DNA from: a virus
Virus record (IMG/VR): IMGVR_UViG_3300045988_166882
Length of the DNA: 64,000 nt
Reading direction: 5' to 3' (one strand)
In this document: positions 17,717 to 27,271 of the stretch, piece by piece
Layout of the letters: every line of letters begins with the position of its first letter
Numbering within the stretch: the first letter of the stretch is position 1
The notes under the pieces: model-generated
Told to the model about the DNA's origin: nothing
Database searches by the model: none
The model's input: the letters and a program-made list of their open reading frames with translations, nothing else
Program-made: the position numbers and the translations under genes

Positions 17717-18252
17717 AACGGAAACTGCTGATCGGAAAGAACGTCTATGAGATCGAATTTCAAGAATTCGAGGAAGAAATCGACGTTGACGACCTGATGA
17801 CCATTCATTACGATAATCTGGTCGGTGAAGTCATTACCTTCCCGGTTATCGTGAATCGGTTAGGACTGCTGCTGGCCGACGCCGAACGTTCGTTGGCTGA
17901 AACGAAACTCACGTGTGAAATCATGGAGGCCAAAATCCGCGAGGAGGTACGAATTGAACTCAACATGGAGGAAGGCCGCCGGAAGGCCGTCACCATCGAC
18001 GAGGTGAACACCACGCTCTACCAGAACCCGCTGTACAAGGCCAACAAGATCAAACTTTTCGAGGCCCAGAAAACGCGCGATTATGTAGCGTCGCTGCTGT
18101 TTTCGGCCAAGGACAAGTCGGCTAAACTCGATAAGTTGTCGCTGTCGATTCCCGCTGGCGACATCGAAGAGCACCTGCTTCAAGCCAAGGCCAATTCCGT
18201 GGCGAAGGTTCGTAAACGCCGCCAACTGATTCCCGACGCGGACGATATGTAA
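17713..18252 (+). CDS. hypothetical coiled-coil protein
   Basis: 179 aa with an ATGA overlap to the upstream gene. Heptad-like charged helices. Confidence 0.55.
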   Translation: MKRKLLIGKNVYEIEFQEFEEEIDVDDLMTIHYDNLVGEVITFPVIVNRLGLLLADAERSLAETKLTCEIMEAKIREEVRIELNMEEGRRKAVTIDEVNTTLYQNPLYKANKIKLFEAQKTRDYVASLLFSAKDKSAKLDKLSLSIPAGDIEEHLLQAKANSVAKVRKRRQLIPDADDM

Positions 18253-18290
18253 CAAAGTTTATATTAACACCTTAACAAAATTAAAGTATT

Positions 18291-19574
18291 ATGGCAAATG
18301 ACCTGCGGAGCCGCCTCAAAGCGACTCCCATTAAAAAACTCAAAGCCCGCATCGACGAAGACAACTCGATGCTCAACAACGGCAACGCGGAGTTCCTGTC
18401 GTTGGAGGACGGCAAACTGATGAAGATTCGTGTGTTCCCGGCTCACCCCGACCACGACAACTTCTACGTTCCGCGCAAGTGCTACTGGCTCCCGTTCACT
18501 ACCGACTCTGGCGACGAGCGCCGCGGTACGGTACTGGATTCGATCTTCCACGGCAAGACCGCTATGGACATCGTTCAGGAGTACGTGGCCTACGTGAAGA
18601 CCCACGGGTCGGAAACCGCCGTGGCAGCCGTTACGGCCCAGCGCGATGGCCTGCTGCCTTCACTTTCGTGGCTGTGCTACGCTGCTGAAGTCAAAGACGA
18701 CGAGATGGAACCCAAACTGTGGGAGTTCAAGAAGTCGGTCCGCGACGCCATGAACCGTCTGGCCATCACCGAGGAGGAAGACGAACCCATCGAGACCGAT
18801 CCGTTCACCGACCCGGACGAGGGTCTGCCGCTGTTCGTCAAGTACATCAAGAACCCCAACAAGAAGAAGGGCGAGAACTACTACGACGTTTCGCTCGGCA
18901 AGAAGCCCAAAGCGTGCCCGCTGACCGACGAGGCTATCGAGAAATTCATGAAACTCAAGCCCGTCGAGGAGGTCGCCGGAACGTACACACTGGAGATGTT
19001 CGAACGCGCGCTGGAAGGCCTCCAGAATTTCGACGAGCAGCACGGTATCGACATCTTCGGCGACGACGAGTGGCTGGAAATCGTGGAGAAGGTCCGCGCC
19101 CAGTACGCCGACTCTGACGACGAACCCAAGAAGAAAGTCACCAAGAAGGCTTCCAAGCGTCGCGACGATGACGACGAGGATGACGTTCCGCCTGTTCGCA
19201 CGAAGAAGAACCGCCCCGGCGTCCGAATCCCCGAACCTGAGGAAGAGCCTGAAGAGGAGGCCCCGGCTCCCGAACCGGACGACGAACCTGAACCCGAAGC
19301 CGGCAACGACGACGGCCTCGACGACATGGACCGCGCCGAACTCAAAGCCTTCATTCGTGACAACGATCTGGGTGACGCGGTGAAGGTCTACAAGACTACC
19401 ACCGACGACCAGATTCGCGCGGCTATCCGCGAGGCGCTGGGTCTGGACGGCGGCGAAGAGGAGGAAGAGGCCCCGGCTCCGGAACCTGAGGAGGAAGACG
19501 ACGCTCCGGCACCCGCCGCTTCCGGCGCAGCCCGTTCGCTGGCGGCTATCCGGGCCAAACTCGGCAAGAAATAA
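18291..19574 (+). CDS. gp32-like single-stranded DNA-binding protein with long acidic tail
   Basis: By-eye similarity to T4 gp32: KIRVFPAHPDHDNFYV, KLWEFKKSVRDAMNRL, DEGLPLFVKYIK. The C-terminus is E/D/P-rich. Lies upstream of the recombinase. Confidence 0.5.
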   Translation: MANDLRSRLKATPIKKLKARIDEDNSMLNNGNAEFLSLEDGKLMKIRVFPAHPDHDNFYVPRKCYWLPFTTDSGDERRGTVLDSIFHGKTAMDIVQEYVAYVKTHGSETAVAAVTAQRDGLLPSLSWLCYAAEVKDDEMEPKLWEFKKSVRDAMNRLAITEEEDEPIETDPFTDPDEGLPLFVKYIKNPNKKKGENYYDVSLGKKPKACPLTDEAIEKFMKLKPVEEVAGTYTLEMFERALEGLQNFDEQHGIDIFGDDEWLEIVEKVRAQYADSDDEPKKKVTKKASKRRDDDDEDDVPPVRTKKNRPGVRIPEPEEEPEEEAPAPEPDDEPEPEAGNDDGLDDMDRAELKAFIRDNDLGDAVKVYKTTTDDQIRAAIREALGLDGGEEEEEAPAPEPEEEDDAPAPAASGAARSLAAIRAKLGKK

Positions 19575-19595
19575 TCCCCCGTATTACGTTTCCCG

Positions 19596-19630
19596 CGGCT
19601 GGCTGGCTTCCGAGTTGGCCAGCCGTTTTT
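19596..19630 (+). terminator. rho-independent terminator
   Basis: GGCTGGC pairs with GCCAGCC (19618-19624), followed by G and TTTTT. Confidence 0.7.
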
Positions 19631-19643
19631 AACTATTCACATT

Positions 19644-20774
19644 ATGTCGAAAATTTCAAACGTATTGAGCAAACTCACCGCCCGCTTCAATTCCGACGAC
19701 GTCATTACCTTCAAGAAGAAGGACGGCTTCGCCGAGGTGAAGTCGTGGGCGCATACCGGTAGTCCGGAGTTGAACTGGAACCTGCGGACCTACGGCTTGC
19801 CGACGGGTATCATCGAGATCGCCGGGCGCAGCCGCAGCGGTAAGACCACTGAAGGGTTGGAGGCGATGAAATACTTTCTGGACGAGAACCCCGAAACGGG
19901 GTTGGCGTGTATTCTTTCGTCCGAAAACCGCGACAATAAGGACTACGCCATCCAGTTAGGTGTTGACATTTCTCGTGTAGCAATCGTCAAGATTCACTAC
20001 GTCGAGCAGATGTTCGTACGCGTGAGCAAGTTCGTGAAGGACGCACACGCCTTGTTCGAAGAAGCGGGGATCAAGGAAAAGCCGAAGTTCTTCTTCCTTT
20101 GGGACTCGCTCGGCGCCACGCTTTCCAAGGCTGAGTACGACGCCCTTCGCGCCAACGTCGAGAATATGGACAAGGCCGCGGCTAAAGGCGAAGAACTCGA
20201 AAAACTCCAAGAGCCGAAGATGATGGCGTTCGCTAAGTCGGCCAAGATGTTCGCCAAGGGGTTGGTCGGGCTTTGCTACACCAACGTGATCCACTTCGTG
20301 ATCCTCAACCACCAGTACGAGCAGAACGTCATGGGCGTTACGTCGCGCAAAAGTACTGGTGGAGAGTGGGTTGAGTTACTTCCGACAATGCGCCTTCAAA
20401 TGCGCGTGACCGAGATGAAGAAGATCGACGACGTGGAGGTGGCTCAAATCTCTGAAGTAAAGGTCATCAAGAACGACTTCGGTTCGCGCCAAAAGACCTA
20501 CATCCGTATCTTACTGGGGTACGGCATCATCCTTTCCGAGGAGGACATCGACTACGCCGTTGAGCGCGGTATCATCCAGAAGCCGTCAAAAACCGTGTAC
20601 ACAGCCCTGAACGGTAAGTTGCGTTGGAAGTCGGACCGCGAACTCTACCAACTGTACTACGACCAGAACCCGTTGCTGGATACACTCGGCAAGGTCATCA
20701 CCGCTTCGCGTCACAGGGACCTCCGTGAGTGGCGCAAGAAGATGATGGAGGAAGCCGAGGTTGTTGAAGAGTAG
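19644..20774 (+). CDS. RecA/UvsX-like recombinase
   Basis: Walker A GRSRSGKTT, Walker B FFFLWDSLGA and the RecA-core pattern ILNHQY. Confidence 0.75.
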   Translation: MSKISNVLSKLTARFNSDDVITFKKKDGFAEVKSWAHTGSPELNWNLRTYGLPTGIIEIAGRSRSGKTTEGLEAMKYFLDENPETGLACILSSENRDNKDYAIQLGVDISRVAIVKIHYVEQMFVRVSKFVKDAHALFEEAGIKEKPKFFFLWDSLGATLSKAEYDALRANVENMDKAAAKGEELEKLQEPKMMAFAKSAKMFAKGLVGLCYTNVIHFVILNHQYEQNVMGVTSRKSTGGEWVELLPTMRLQMRVTEMKKIDDVEVAQISEVKVIKNDFGSRQKTYIRILLGYGIILSEEDIDYAVERGIIQKPSKTVYTALNGKLRWKSDRELYQLYYDQNPLLDTLGKVITASRHRDLREWRKKMMEEAEVVEE

Positions 20775-20810
20775 CCACCGCCAGCGTTTATTACTGCAAA
20801 CTGATCTTTT

Positions 20811-21884
20811 ATGAAGCGAAAATCGTACAAAAGCCCCGTGGCCATCTTGGGTTTCGACCCCCACTTGTCGAAGGACAACGTGGCGGTGGTCCGGGACTTA
20901 TTCACCCAGACGTTTGCGCTGGCTGAAGAAATAGGTTGTAAGATTGTGATTCTGGGCGGTGACGTATTCACGTCCCGCTCGGCACAACCTTTGGAAGTCC
21001 TCGACACGTGGCGCGAAATCACCGAAGACGCCGAAGCGCGCGGACTGGAAGTGGTGGCCATCCCCGGCAACCACGACAAGACCGACCCTAACTCCGACCG
21101 CAGCTACCTCAGCGTGTGCCCCGGCGCAGCTACTATCGTAAGTCAGGCGTCGGAGTTCTACTGGGACGGCGTGTCGTTCGTGCTGATACCCTACTACGGT
21201 GACGCCAAATGGCTGGAGGAGAAACTGGCCGTTGATAACGGCTTGGAAGCCGAAGCCCGGCGCAACGGTAAGGAGCAGTTCCCGCGGTTCATGATCACGC
21301 ACGTGGCCGTGGAGGGCGTTCGTAATAACGACGGCACGCAGGTTGAAAGCGACATCCGCCCGGATATGTTCCGTAACTACGACGCGGTGTTCGTGGGTCA
21401 CTACCACAACGCCTCGGACGTGGGTGAAAAGGTTCACTACCTCGGTTCGATGTGCCAGAACAACTTTGGCGAAACGGCCGACGACAAGGGCGTTACTATC
21501 GTCTACGACGACGGTACGTGGGAGCACCACCCGCTGCGCTTCCCGCGGTATATCCGTGAAAGCGTCTCAGCGACCGATACAGCGACTTTACGGAACCTGA
21601 TGGATAAGTACTCCGGCGAAACGTTTGATCGCGTCAGAATCGTCGTAACTGGCTCTAAAGCCGATTGCGAAAAACTGAACGCCTCGGAGTTCTCGGCCGC
21701 GGGCATTGAAATCAAGTTTCAGGCTGATGAAACTGCCGCGGCGATGGCTACGGCTTCCGACCCGGAGAAGATCGTCACGTTCCGTAAATCTACCATCGTT
21801 AAGAACTTCATGGAGTTCTGCAAAGAACGTGAAATACGCGGCGAACGCATGAAGGAAGGTTTGGCCATGCTTAAAGAATTGTGA
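20811..21884 (+). CDS. Mre11/SbcD-like nuclease (gp47-like)
   Basis: Calcineurin-type phosphoesterase motifs GFDPH, GGDVF, IPGNHD, ITHVAVEG, GHYH. Confidence 0.8.
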   Translation: MKRKSYKSPVAILGFDPHLSKDNVAVVRDLFTQTFALAEEIGCKIVILGGDVFTSRSAQPLEVLDTWREITEDAEARGLEVVAIPGNHDKTDPNSDRSYLSVCPGAATIVSQASEFYWDGVSFVLIPYYGDAKWLEEKLAVDNGLEAEARRNGKEQFPRFMITHVAVEGVRNNDGTQVESDIRPDMFRNYDAVFVGHYHNASDVGEKVHYLGSMCQNNFGETADDKGVTIVYDDGTWEHHPLRFPRYIRESVSATDTATLRNLMDKYSGETFDRVRIVVTGSKADCEKLNASEFSAAGIEIKFQADETAAAMATASDPEKIVTFRKSTIVKNFMEFCKEREIRGERMKEGLAMLKEL

Positions 21885-21885
21885 T

Positions 21886-23757
21886 ATGTGGTATCCTGTA
21901 AAAATAGAATTTGGCGGCTTGTTCGCGTTTCGCGACCGGGCTGAGGTAGCGTTCAAGCGCGGTGAGTGTACGGTGATCTTTGGCGATAACCGCACGGACC
22001 GCGGGTCGTTGAACAACGGGTCGGGGAAATCGACGCTGTTCGAGGCAATATCGTTGGCGTTGACTGGCGACCTGTTACCGCGCGATACCCCTATCACGCG
22101 CGATAAGGCTATCAACCGTGAACGCGATGAAGCGTGGGTGACTATGTCCTTGGCGAACGACGTCCTTCACCAGACTATGGAGATTCAACGCCGCTTCTAC
22201 CGTAAGCGCAGCGCCAAGGCTACGTTGTTCGAAAACGACCGCGAGAACACGCAGTTGACGTCGGTGGCCGAGGTTGATAAGCGCGTGTTGGAGTTGCTGG
22301 GGTTGAGCCGTGAGGACCTACTCCGCTACTACATCATCAGCCAAGACCGTCAGTACAACTTTCTGACCGCCCCCGATACTACCAAGAAGGAAATCCTCAA
22401 CCGTATCACCAACGCCGATATGCTCCAGCCCGTGCTCGACGCCATCAAAGCCGATCACAAGGCCGCTGACGAGCGCGTGGCCGAGTACGAGACCAAGATT
22501 CTGACGCTGGACACCCGGCGTGAAACCCTCGAAGAGAACCTTCGCGAGTTGAAGGCCAACAACACCGCTGAGGCCAACATCGCTGGATTAGTCGGCCTCT
22601 TAGAAGGGTACATCAACGATTCGTTGGCTCTCGACAAAGAAGCCAAAGAAATACGAAAAGAATTCGAAGCCGAAAAGGCCAAGCGCTCTGACTTCGAACA
22701 ACGGTTGGAAGCCGCGCCGAACTTTGAGGAAGATATCAACGCCGCTGAGGCTAAGATCACGTCCCTCAAGACCGAACGTAAGAAGAACCGCCGCGCCGCT
22801 GCTGACTTGGAGTTGGCGCTGGAAGGGGCGATTGAATGCCCCAAGTGCGGCGAGCAGTTCCTCCCTAACAGCGAACTGAACCTCACCCCCGCTCAAATAC
22901 GCCGGATCATCGACCAGCGTGAGCGTGACGATATAAAGTTCGTGACGGATATTCAACAGGCCGAGAAAGCGTTGGAGGAACTCGAAGCCAAGCAGCGTGA
23001 CTACGAGCAGTTGGCTTCGGAACTCACGCGGGTGAAGCGTTCCATGGTAGCTATCCGTGAGCGTGCCGAACGGTTGAAGCGTCAAATGGATGAGATCGAT
23101 CGCCGTAAGGCTGATCTCGAAAAGCGCATCGAGGACGCAAAACGCGCCGTTGATAACGACGCTTCGGTAAAGACGGCCGAGGCTAAGATCAAAGCCGTTA
23201 AAGCCGAAATCAAGACCGCCAAGGCCGAACTGGCCGACTTCCGGTATTTGGCCGAGTCGATGGCGTTCTGGGACTTCCACATGGGCAAGAACGGGTTCAC
23301 TACGTATCTCGCTAACAAAGCGTTGAAAGTATTGGAGGGCGTGACGAATATCTATCTGGAAAAGTTCGGCATGGATGTAACGGTTCTGATTAACGGCTTT
23401 ACCATGACCAAGGACGGTAACGTGCGTGATAAGATTGACGTGTACATCCAGTCAGACGGCCTGAACGCCGACGTGTACGGTATTCATTCCGGCGCTGAGC
23501 GCGGGCGTGTAGCGTTGGCGTCGCTGATAGGGTTGAATCGGTTGATTAATATGGCTACCGATGGCCGCGGGTTGGACATGATACTGCTGGATGAAGCGTT
23601 CCACGGCATCGACTCCCTGGGTCAGGAACACATCATCCGGACGCTCGAAAATGTGGGCATAACGTCGATGATGATTACGCAGAACGTATCACCCGACTTC
23701 GCCGCGAAGAATAAACTCATAGTCAGGAAGATAGATAAGGTTTCAAGGTACGATTGA
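21886..23757 (+). CDS. Rad50/SbcC-like ATPase (gp46-like)
   Basis: Walker A NNGSGKST, a long coiled coil with a CPKCG hook, signature-like HSGAERG and Walker B LLDEAF. Confidence 0.8.
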   Translation: MWYPVKIEFGGLFAFRDRAEVAFKRGECTVIFGDNRTDRGSLNNGSGKSTLFEAISLALTGDLLPRDTPITRDKAINRERDEAWVTMSLANDVLHQTMEIQRRFYRKRSAKATLFENDRENTQLTSVAEVDKRVLELLGLSREDLLRYYIISQDRQYNFLTAPDTTKKEILNRITNADMLQPVLDAIKADHKAADERVAEYETKILTLDTRRETLEENLRELKANNTAEANIAGLVGLLEGYINDSLALDKEAKEIRKEFEAEKAKRSDFEQRLEAAPNFEEDINAAEAKITSLKTERKKNRRAAADLELALEGAIECPKCGEQFLPNSELNLTPAQIRRIIDQRERDDIKFVTDIQQAEKALEELEAKQRDYEQLASELTRVKRSMVAIRERAERLKRQMDEIDRRKADLEKRIEDAKRAVDNDASVKTAEAKIKAVKAEIKTAKAELADFRYLAESMAFWDFHMGKNGFTTYLANKALKVLEGVTNIYLEKFGMDVTVLINGFTMTKDGNVRDKIDVYIQSDGLNADVYGIHSGAERGRVALASLIGLNRLINMATDGRGLDMILLDEAFHGIDSLGQEHIIRTLENVGITSMMITQNVSPDFAAKNKLIVRKIDKVSRYD

Positions 23758-23763
23758 TTACAA

Positions 23764-23798
23764 CGTTATTATCTTATAGTTTCAAATAAGATATAACG
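23764..23798 (+). promoter_or_regulatory. 13-bp bulged hairpin abutting the RuvC start codon
   Basis: CGTTA(T)TATCTTAT, loop AGTTTCAA, then ATAAGATATAACG, ending 1 nt before the ATG at 23799. The 5' arm overlaps a CAACGTTAT motif. Confidence 0.45.
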
Positions 23799-24272
23799 AT
23801 GAAATCATCCGTAACAACCTACTACAAGGACCGATTAATTATCGGCATAGACCCCGGCGCGGCAGGCGGTATAGGGGTCTACTCCCTCGACAAAGGTCAG
23901 CTGGTGGCGGCAATAAAGATGCCCGAAACACCAACTGACCTTTTGGCGTTCCTGAAACTCCATTCACTCAACTCGAAATGCTATTTGGAGAAGGTTGGAG
24001 GCATACCGGGTAACGGGGCCAACGCGATGTTCAATTTCGGCCGCGGCTACGGTCATTTGGAGATGGCGCTGTTGGCGTGTCGTATTCCGACCGAGACCGT
24101 AACACCTCAGAAATGGCAGAAGGAATTCCAACTCGGCGTTCGTGGTAAGATGACCAAGGTCGAGTGGAAAAACAAACTCAAAGCCAAGGCCCAGCAGCTA
24201 TTTCCGCAATTCAACGTAACTTTGGCCATTTGCGACGCGATGCTGATTGCGTTGTACGGTAGCCGCCAATAA
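23799..24272 (+). CDS. RuvC-like Holliday junction resolvase
   Basis: IIGIDPGAAGGIGV N-terminal catalytic Asp motif and a C-terminal CDAMLIAL acidic motif. Confidence 0.7.
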   Translation: MKSSVTTYYKDRLIIGIDPGAAGGIGVYSLDKGQLVAAIKMPETPTDLLAFLKLHSLNSKCYLEKVGGIPGNGANAMFNFGRGYGHLEMALLACRIPTETVTPQKWQKEFQLGVRGKMTKVEWKNKLKAKAQQLFPQFNVTLAICDAMLIALYGSRQ

Positions 24273-24281
24273 TACTGCCCT

Positions 24282-24611
24282 ATGGAATTTGTGTGTAAAA
24301 ACCCCGAATGTTCGCGCTACGAAAAGCGTGACTACTATTCTTCCGTGAGCGTGGTACTACGCAACGGCGAACCCTTCTGTAAGCAATCGCCGTGCCCGGC
24401 CTGCGGTCAAATACGTGAAGAGATCAAGAAGGAAACGCCCACCGACCTGAAAGGTGTGTATTTTGGACGCTTCCGAGCCATGTCCAAGGAGCAAAAGCAG
24501 GAGTCGCTAAAACGGCGCTCGCACGAGCACTTCAAGAAGCAAATCGCTCCGGAACGTCGCGCCAAACTGGCAGCCGTTCGCGCCGAAGCCAAGTCGATGT
24601 TGAAAAAGTAG
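24282..24611 (+). CDS. Zn-ribbon protein with basic tail
   Basis: CKNPEC...CPACG four-Cys arrangement with a K/R-rich C-terminus. Confidence 0.55.
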   Translation: MEFVCKNPECSRYEKRDYYSSVSVVLRNGEPFCKQSPCPACGQIREEIKKETPTDLKGVYFGRFRAMSKEQKQESLKRRSHEHFKKQIAPERRAKLAAVRAEAKSMLKK

Positions 24612-24617
24612 TGTGTT

Positions 24618-25256
24618 ATGCGAAGAACGGTCGAGGGTCAAATGTTTCACCAGCTATTCAAATACCGAATCGGGCTGGTGAATAAGTACATTCTAATCAT
24701 CCGCCATTGTGACGACCCACGCCGCGTGGCTGCGTATCGCAACTTGGTGTTCCGGATGATGGGGCATATCGTACTGAAGAATATCACTAACTACATCAAC
24801 CTGCTCAACGGCTCAAACGCGCCTGAAATACCTTCGCGCGATGAAGCCATTGTCGATTGCTACGCGATGTTTGATAAATGCTTGGAGAAATTCACTATCC
24901 TTCCGGGAGCGAACTTCTACTTCTATTTCAATAAGTCCATCGCCCGCAATTTCTACACCCTTTATAAGAAGAACCTCAAAGCGCGTCATGGCGATATATC
25001 GGAAGCCGTTGAATCGTCGCACCCGGATATGCGGACCCCCGGCCACGTCAACGACATGGAGATCACGTTCGACACGTTTGGCTTCACAGCCTTGGAACGG
25101 CGTATCGTTATGTCGCGCTTGGCTGGCCAACGAAAGTCCGAGTTCTTGGCCGACAACCCCGACGTGACTGAGAACCTCTACAGCCGCGCGTTGGTACGGA
25201 TGAAAAAACTATTAGAAAACGTCAAAAAAGAGTATCACAATGGAAAGAAAGATTGA
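24618..25256 (+). CDS. sigma-70 family-like transcription factor (phage sigma candidate 2)
   Basis: Region-2-like DEAIVDCYAMFDKCLEKF...FYFYFNKSIARNFYTLYKKN and region-4-like LERRIVMSRLAGQRKSEFLADN...YSRALVRMKKLL. Confidence 0.4.
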   Translation: MRRTVEGQMFHQLFKYRIGLVNKYILIIRHCDDPRRVAAYRNLVFRMMGHIVLKNITNYINLLNGSNAPEIPSRDEAIVDCYAMFDKCLEKFTILPGANFYFYFNKSIARNFYTLYKKNLKARHGDISEAVESSHPDMRTPGHVNDMEITFDTFGFTALERRIVMSRLAGQRKSEFLADNPDVTENLYSRALVRMKKLLENVKKEYHNGKKD

Positions 25257-25563
25257 AACCATCACCACCATCTTGGAAAGCGGTTTTGCCGTTTTGGAGG
25301 TTTGGATGTACACGGGCGAACCGCTTGTGTTCTTGGTGAATAAGTTTACGCCATCGGTTGAGTCCAACGTGGCGTCGATCGACTACTGCGAAGTGTCGGG
25401 CTACGACATTACAGCGTTTATACGCTTAGAGTCGGTGGAGATGAACCGGGGTAAGGCAGCCGTGCTGTCGAAACTGGAAGCCATCGTACAGAATCAGAAA
25501 GCGCTGAATTTCCAGTTTCACAAAAGCGTCAAATGGATTTACTGGACATCGACTCGCGGTTAA
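25240..25563 (+). CDS. hypothetical protein
   Basis: 107-aa ORF overlapping the upstream gene by 17 nt. Confidence 0.5.
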   Translation: MERKIETITTILESGFAVLEVWMYTGEPLVFLVNKFTPSVESNVASIDYCEVSGYDITAFIRLESVEMNRGKAAVLSKLEAIVQNQKALNFQFHKSVKWIYWTSTRG

Positions 25564-25595
25564 CCCAGTACCCAAAATCGTAAAACAAGATCGTC

Positions 25596-27140
25596 ATGGC
25601 CTTCGAGCCTTCCGTTTATCAACAAGCCATATACAATGAGGTAGCCACTACCGACCACAATATCAACGTCAACGCCGTGGCCGGTAGTGGTAAGACCACC
25701 ACGCTGCTGGGGTGCTTGGAGCGCATTCCCCGTGGGAAATCGATCATCTTCATGGCTTTTAACAACTCCATAGTGAAGGAGTTGCAAGCCCGTAACACGC
25801 GCCCTAACGTCGATATCATGACGCTTCATTCATACGGGTGGCGGTTGTTACTACGCCGATACGGCAACACCGCCAAGATGAACCCTAATAAGTCCATTGC
25901 CAAGTTGGAAGTGGTGTTGAAACGCCATTCTAACGACGAAGAGGTTCAGGAATTGTTGTTAAGGCGCAAAAAGGGCTATTTGATCTATTTAATTCCGAAG
26001 ATAGTAGACCTGATGCGCACGGCACTTTGCCGTCCTGAAATCGGCGAAATTGAGTCGTTGTGTGACTATCACGACATCGACTGCGGCCTGCTGGAAAAGC
26101 AGTTGGCCTTGGAGACCTTTCTGTTGAGCGTCAACGACCACACCCAGTTTGACTTTACCGACATGTTGTATATTCCCGTGACGGACCCCACGTTGCGGTT
26201 CCGTAAGTATGAGGTGGTGCTGGTCGATGAAAGCCAAGATATGAGCCTTCTCCAGCACGAACTCATAAAGCGCGTACTGGATCGCCGTTCACGGTTAATC
26301 ACCGTTGGCGACCCGCGTCAGGCGATATACGGCTTCGCCGGAGCGGACGCTAACAGCTACGCCCGGTTGGCTGAATTAAACGGCAGTAGCGTCGAAATGC
26401 CGCTTTCGGTGTGTTACCGTTGTGGACGGCGCATCGTTGAAGAAGCCGAAAAGATTGTCCCCTACATACGCCCCTACGAACGCGCTCATGAAGGTGAGGT
26501 CGTACTCGGTTCGCTGAACGACATTGAGGACGGCGATTGGATAATATGCCGTAACCTACGACCGTTGGTAGAGGTGTACCTTTGGCTGTTGAAAAACAAG
26601 ATCAAATCGCGTGTTCGAGGTAAGGACATTGGCCACAGCCTTATCGACCTAATCAACAAGACCGGAGCGCGTACCATCGACCAGTTGGAAAAACTTCTTT
26701 GGAAGGAAGCCGATAAACTGGAACAGAAATTGCGTGCTAAAGGTTGGAAAAACCCTAACGCATCACCCAAGATGGACGAACTCTACGAGAAGATCGAAGT
26801 GATACGCGCCTTGGCCGTTGAAGCCGATACGGTGATGGAATTACGTGAAACAATCGAGGGAATTTTTACCGACGACTTGGAAGGTATACTGCTGATGACC
26901 ATCCACAAATCGAAAGGCTTGGAAAACGACAACGTGTTCTTCTTGGCGCCAGAGTTGATCCCCTCACGCTGGGCTACTCAACCGTGGCAGCAAGAGCAAG
27001 AACTCAACCTCAAATACGTGGCCATCACCCGCGCTAAGAACTCATTAATATACGTACCATTAAATCAATCGACCCATGACACCAGCCAACCCTTCCGAGG
27101 ACGATATCCAGTCCAAGGCTTACGACGACGAACTCAATAA
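25596..27140 (+). CDS. UvrD/PcrA-like superfamily-1 helicase
   Basis: AVAGSGKTT, VLVDESQDMS, TVGDPRQAIYGFAGA, TIHKSKGLE, YVAITRAK. Confidence 0.8.
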   Translation: MAFEPSVYQQAIYNEVATTDHNINVNAVAGSGKTTTLLGCLERIPRGKSIIFMAFNNSIVKELQARNTRPNVDIMTLHSYGWRLLLRRYGNTAKMNPNKSIAKLEVVLKRHSNDEEVQELLLRRKKGYLIYLIPKIVDLMRTALCRPEIGEIESLCDYHDIDCGLLEKQLALETFLLSVNDHTQFDFTDMLYIPVTDPTLRFRKYEVVLVDESQDMSLLQHELIKRVLDRRSRLITVGDPRQAIYGFAGADANSYARLAELNGSSVEMPLSVCYRCGRRIVEEAEKIVPYIRPYERAHEGEVVLGSLNDIEDGDWIICRNLRPLVEVYLWLLKNKIKSRVRGKDIGHSLIDLINKTGARTIDQLEKLLWKEADKLEQKLRAKGWKNPNASPKMDELYEKIEVIRALAVEADTVMELRETIEGIFTDDLEGILLMTIHKSKGLENDNVFFLAPELIPSRWATQPWQQEQELNLKYVAITRAKNSLIYVPLNQSTHDTSQPFRGRYPVQGLRRRTQ

Positions 27141-27255
27141 GGCTGAAGACCGCATTGAGGATCACGACGACGAATCCATCGAGCGTCGCCGTCCCGCACG
27201 CCAACAACGCGGCGTTCCGTCACCGCGTGAAATCGCCAACGTTATCAAGAAGTGA
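27076..27255 (+). CDS. possible 59-aa acidic/basic micro-protein
   Basis: Uninterrupted ATG...TGA frame (MTPANPSEDDIQSK...REIANVIKK) overlapping the last 65 nt of the helicase gene. Below the track length cut-off. Confidence 0.3.
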   Translation: MTPANPSEDDIQSKAYDDELNKAEDRIEDHDDESIERRRPARQQRGVPSPREIANVIKK

Positions 27256-27271
27256 TTACAAAAACACTACA

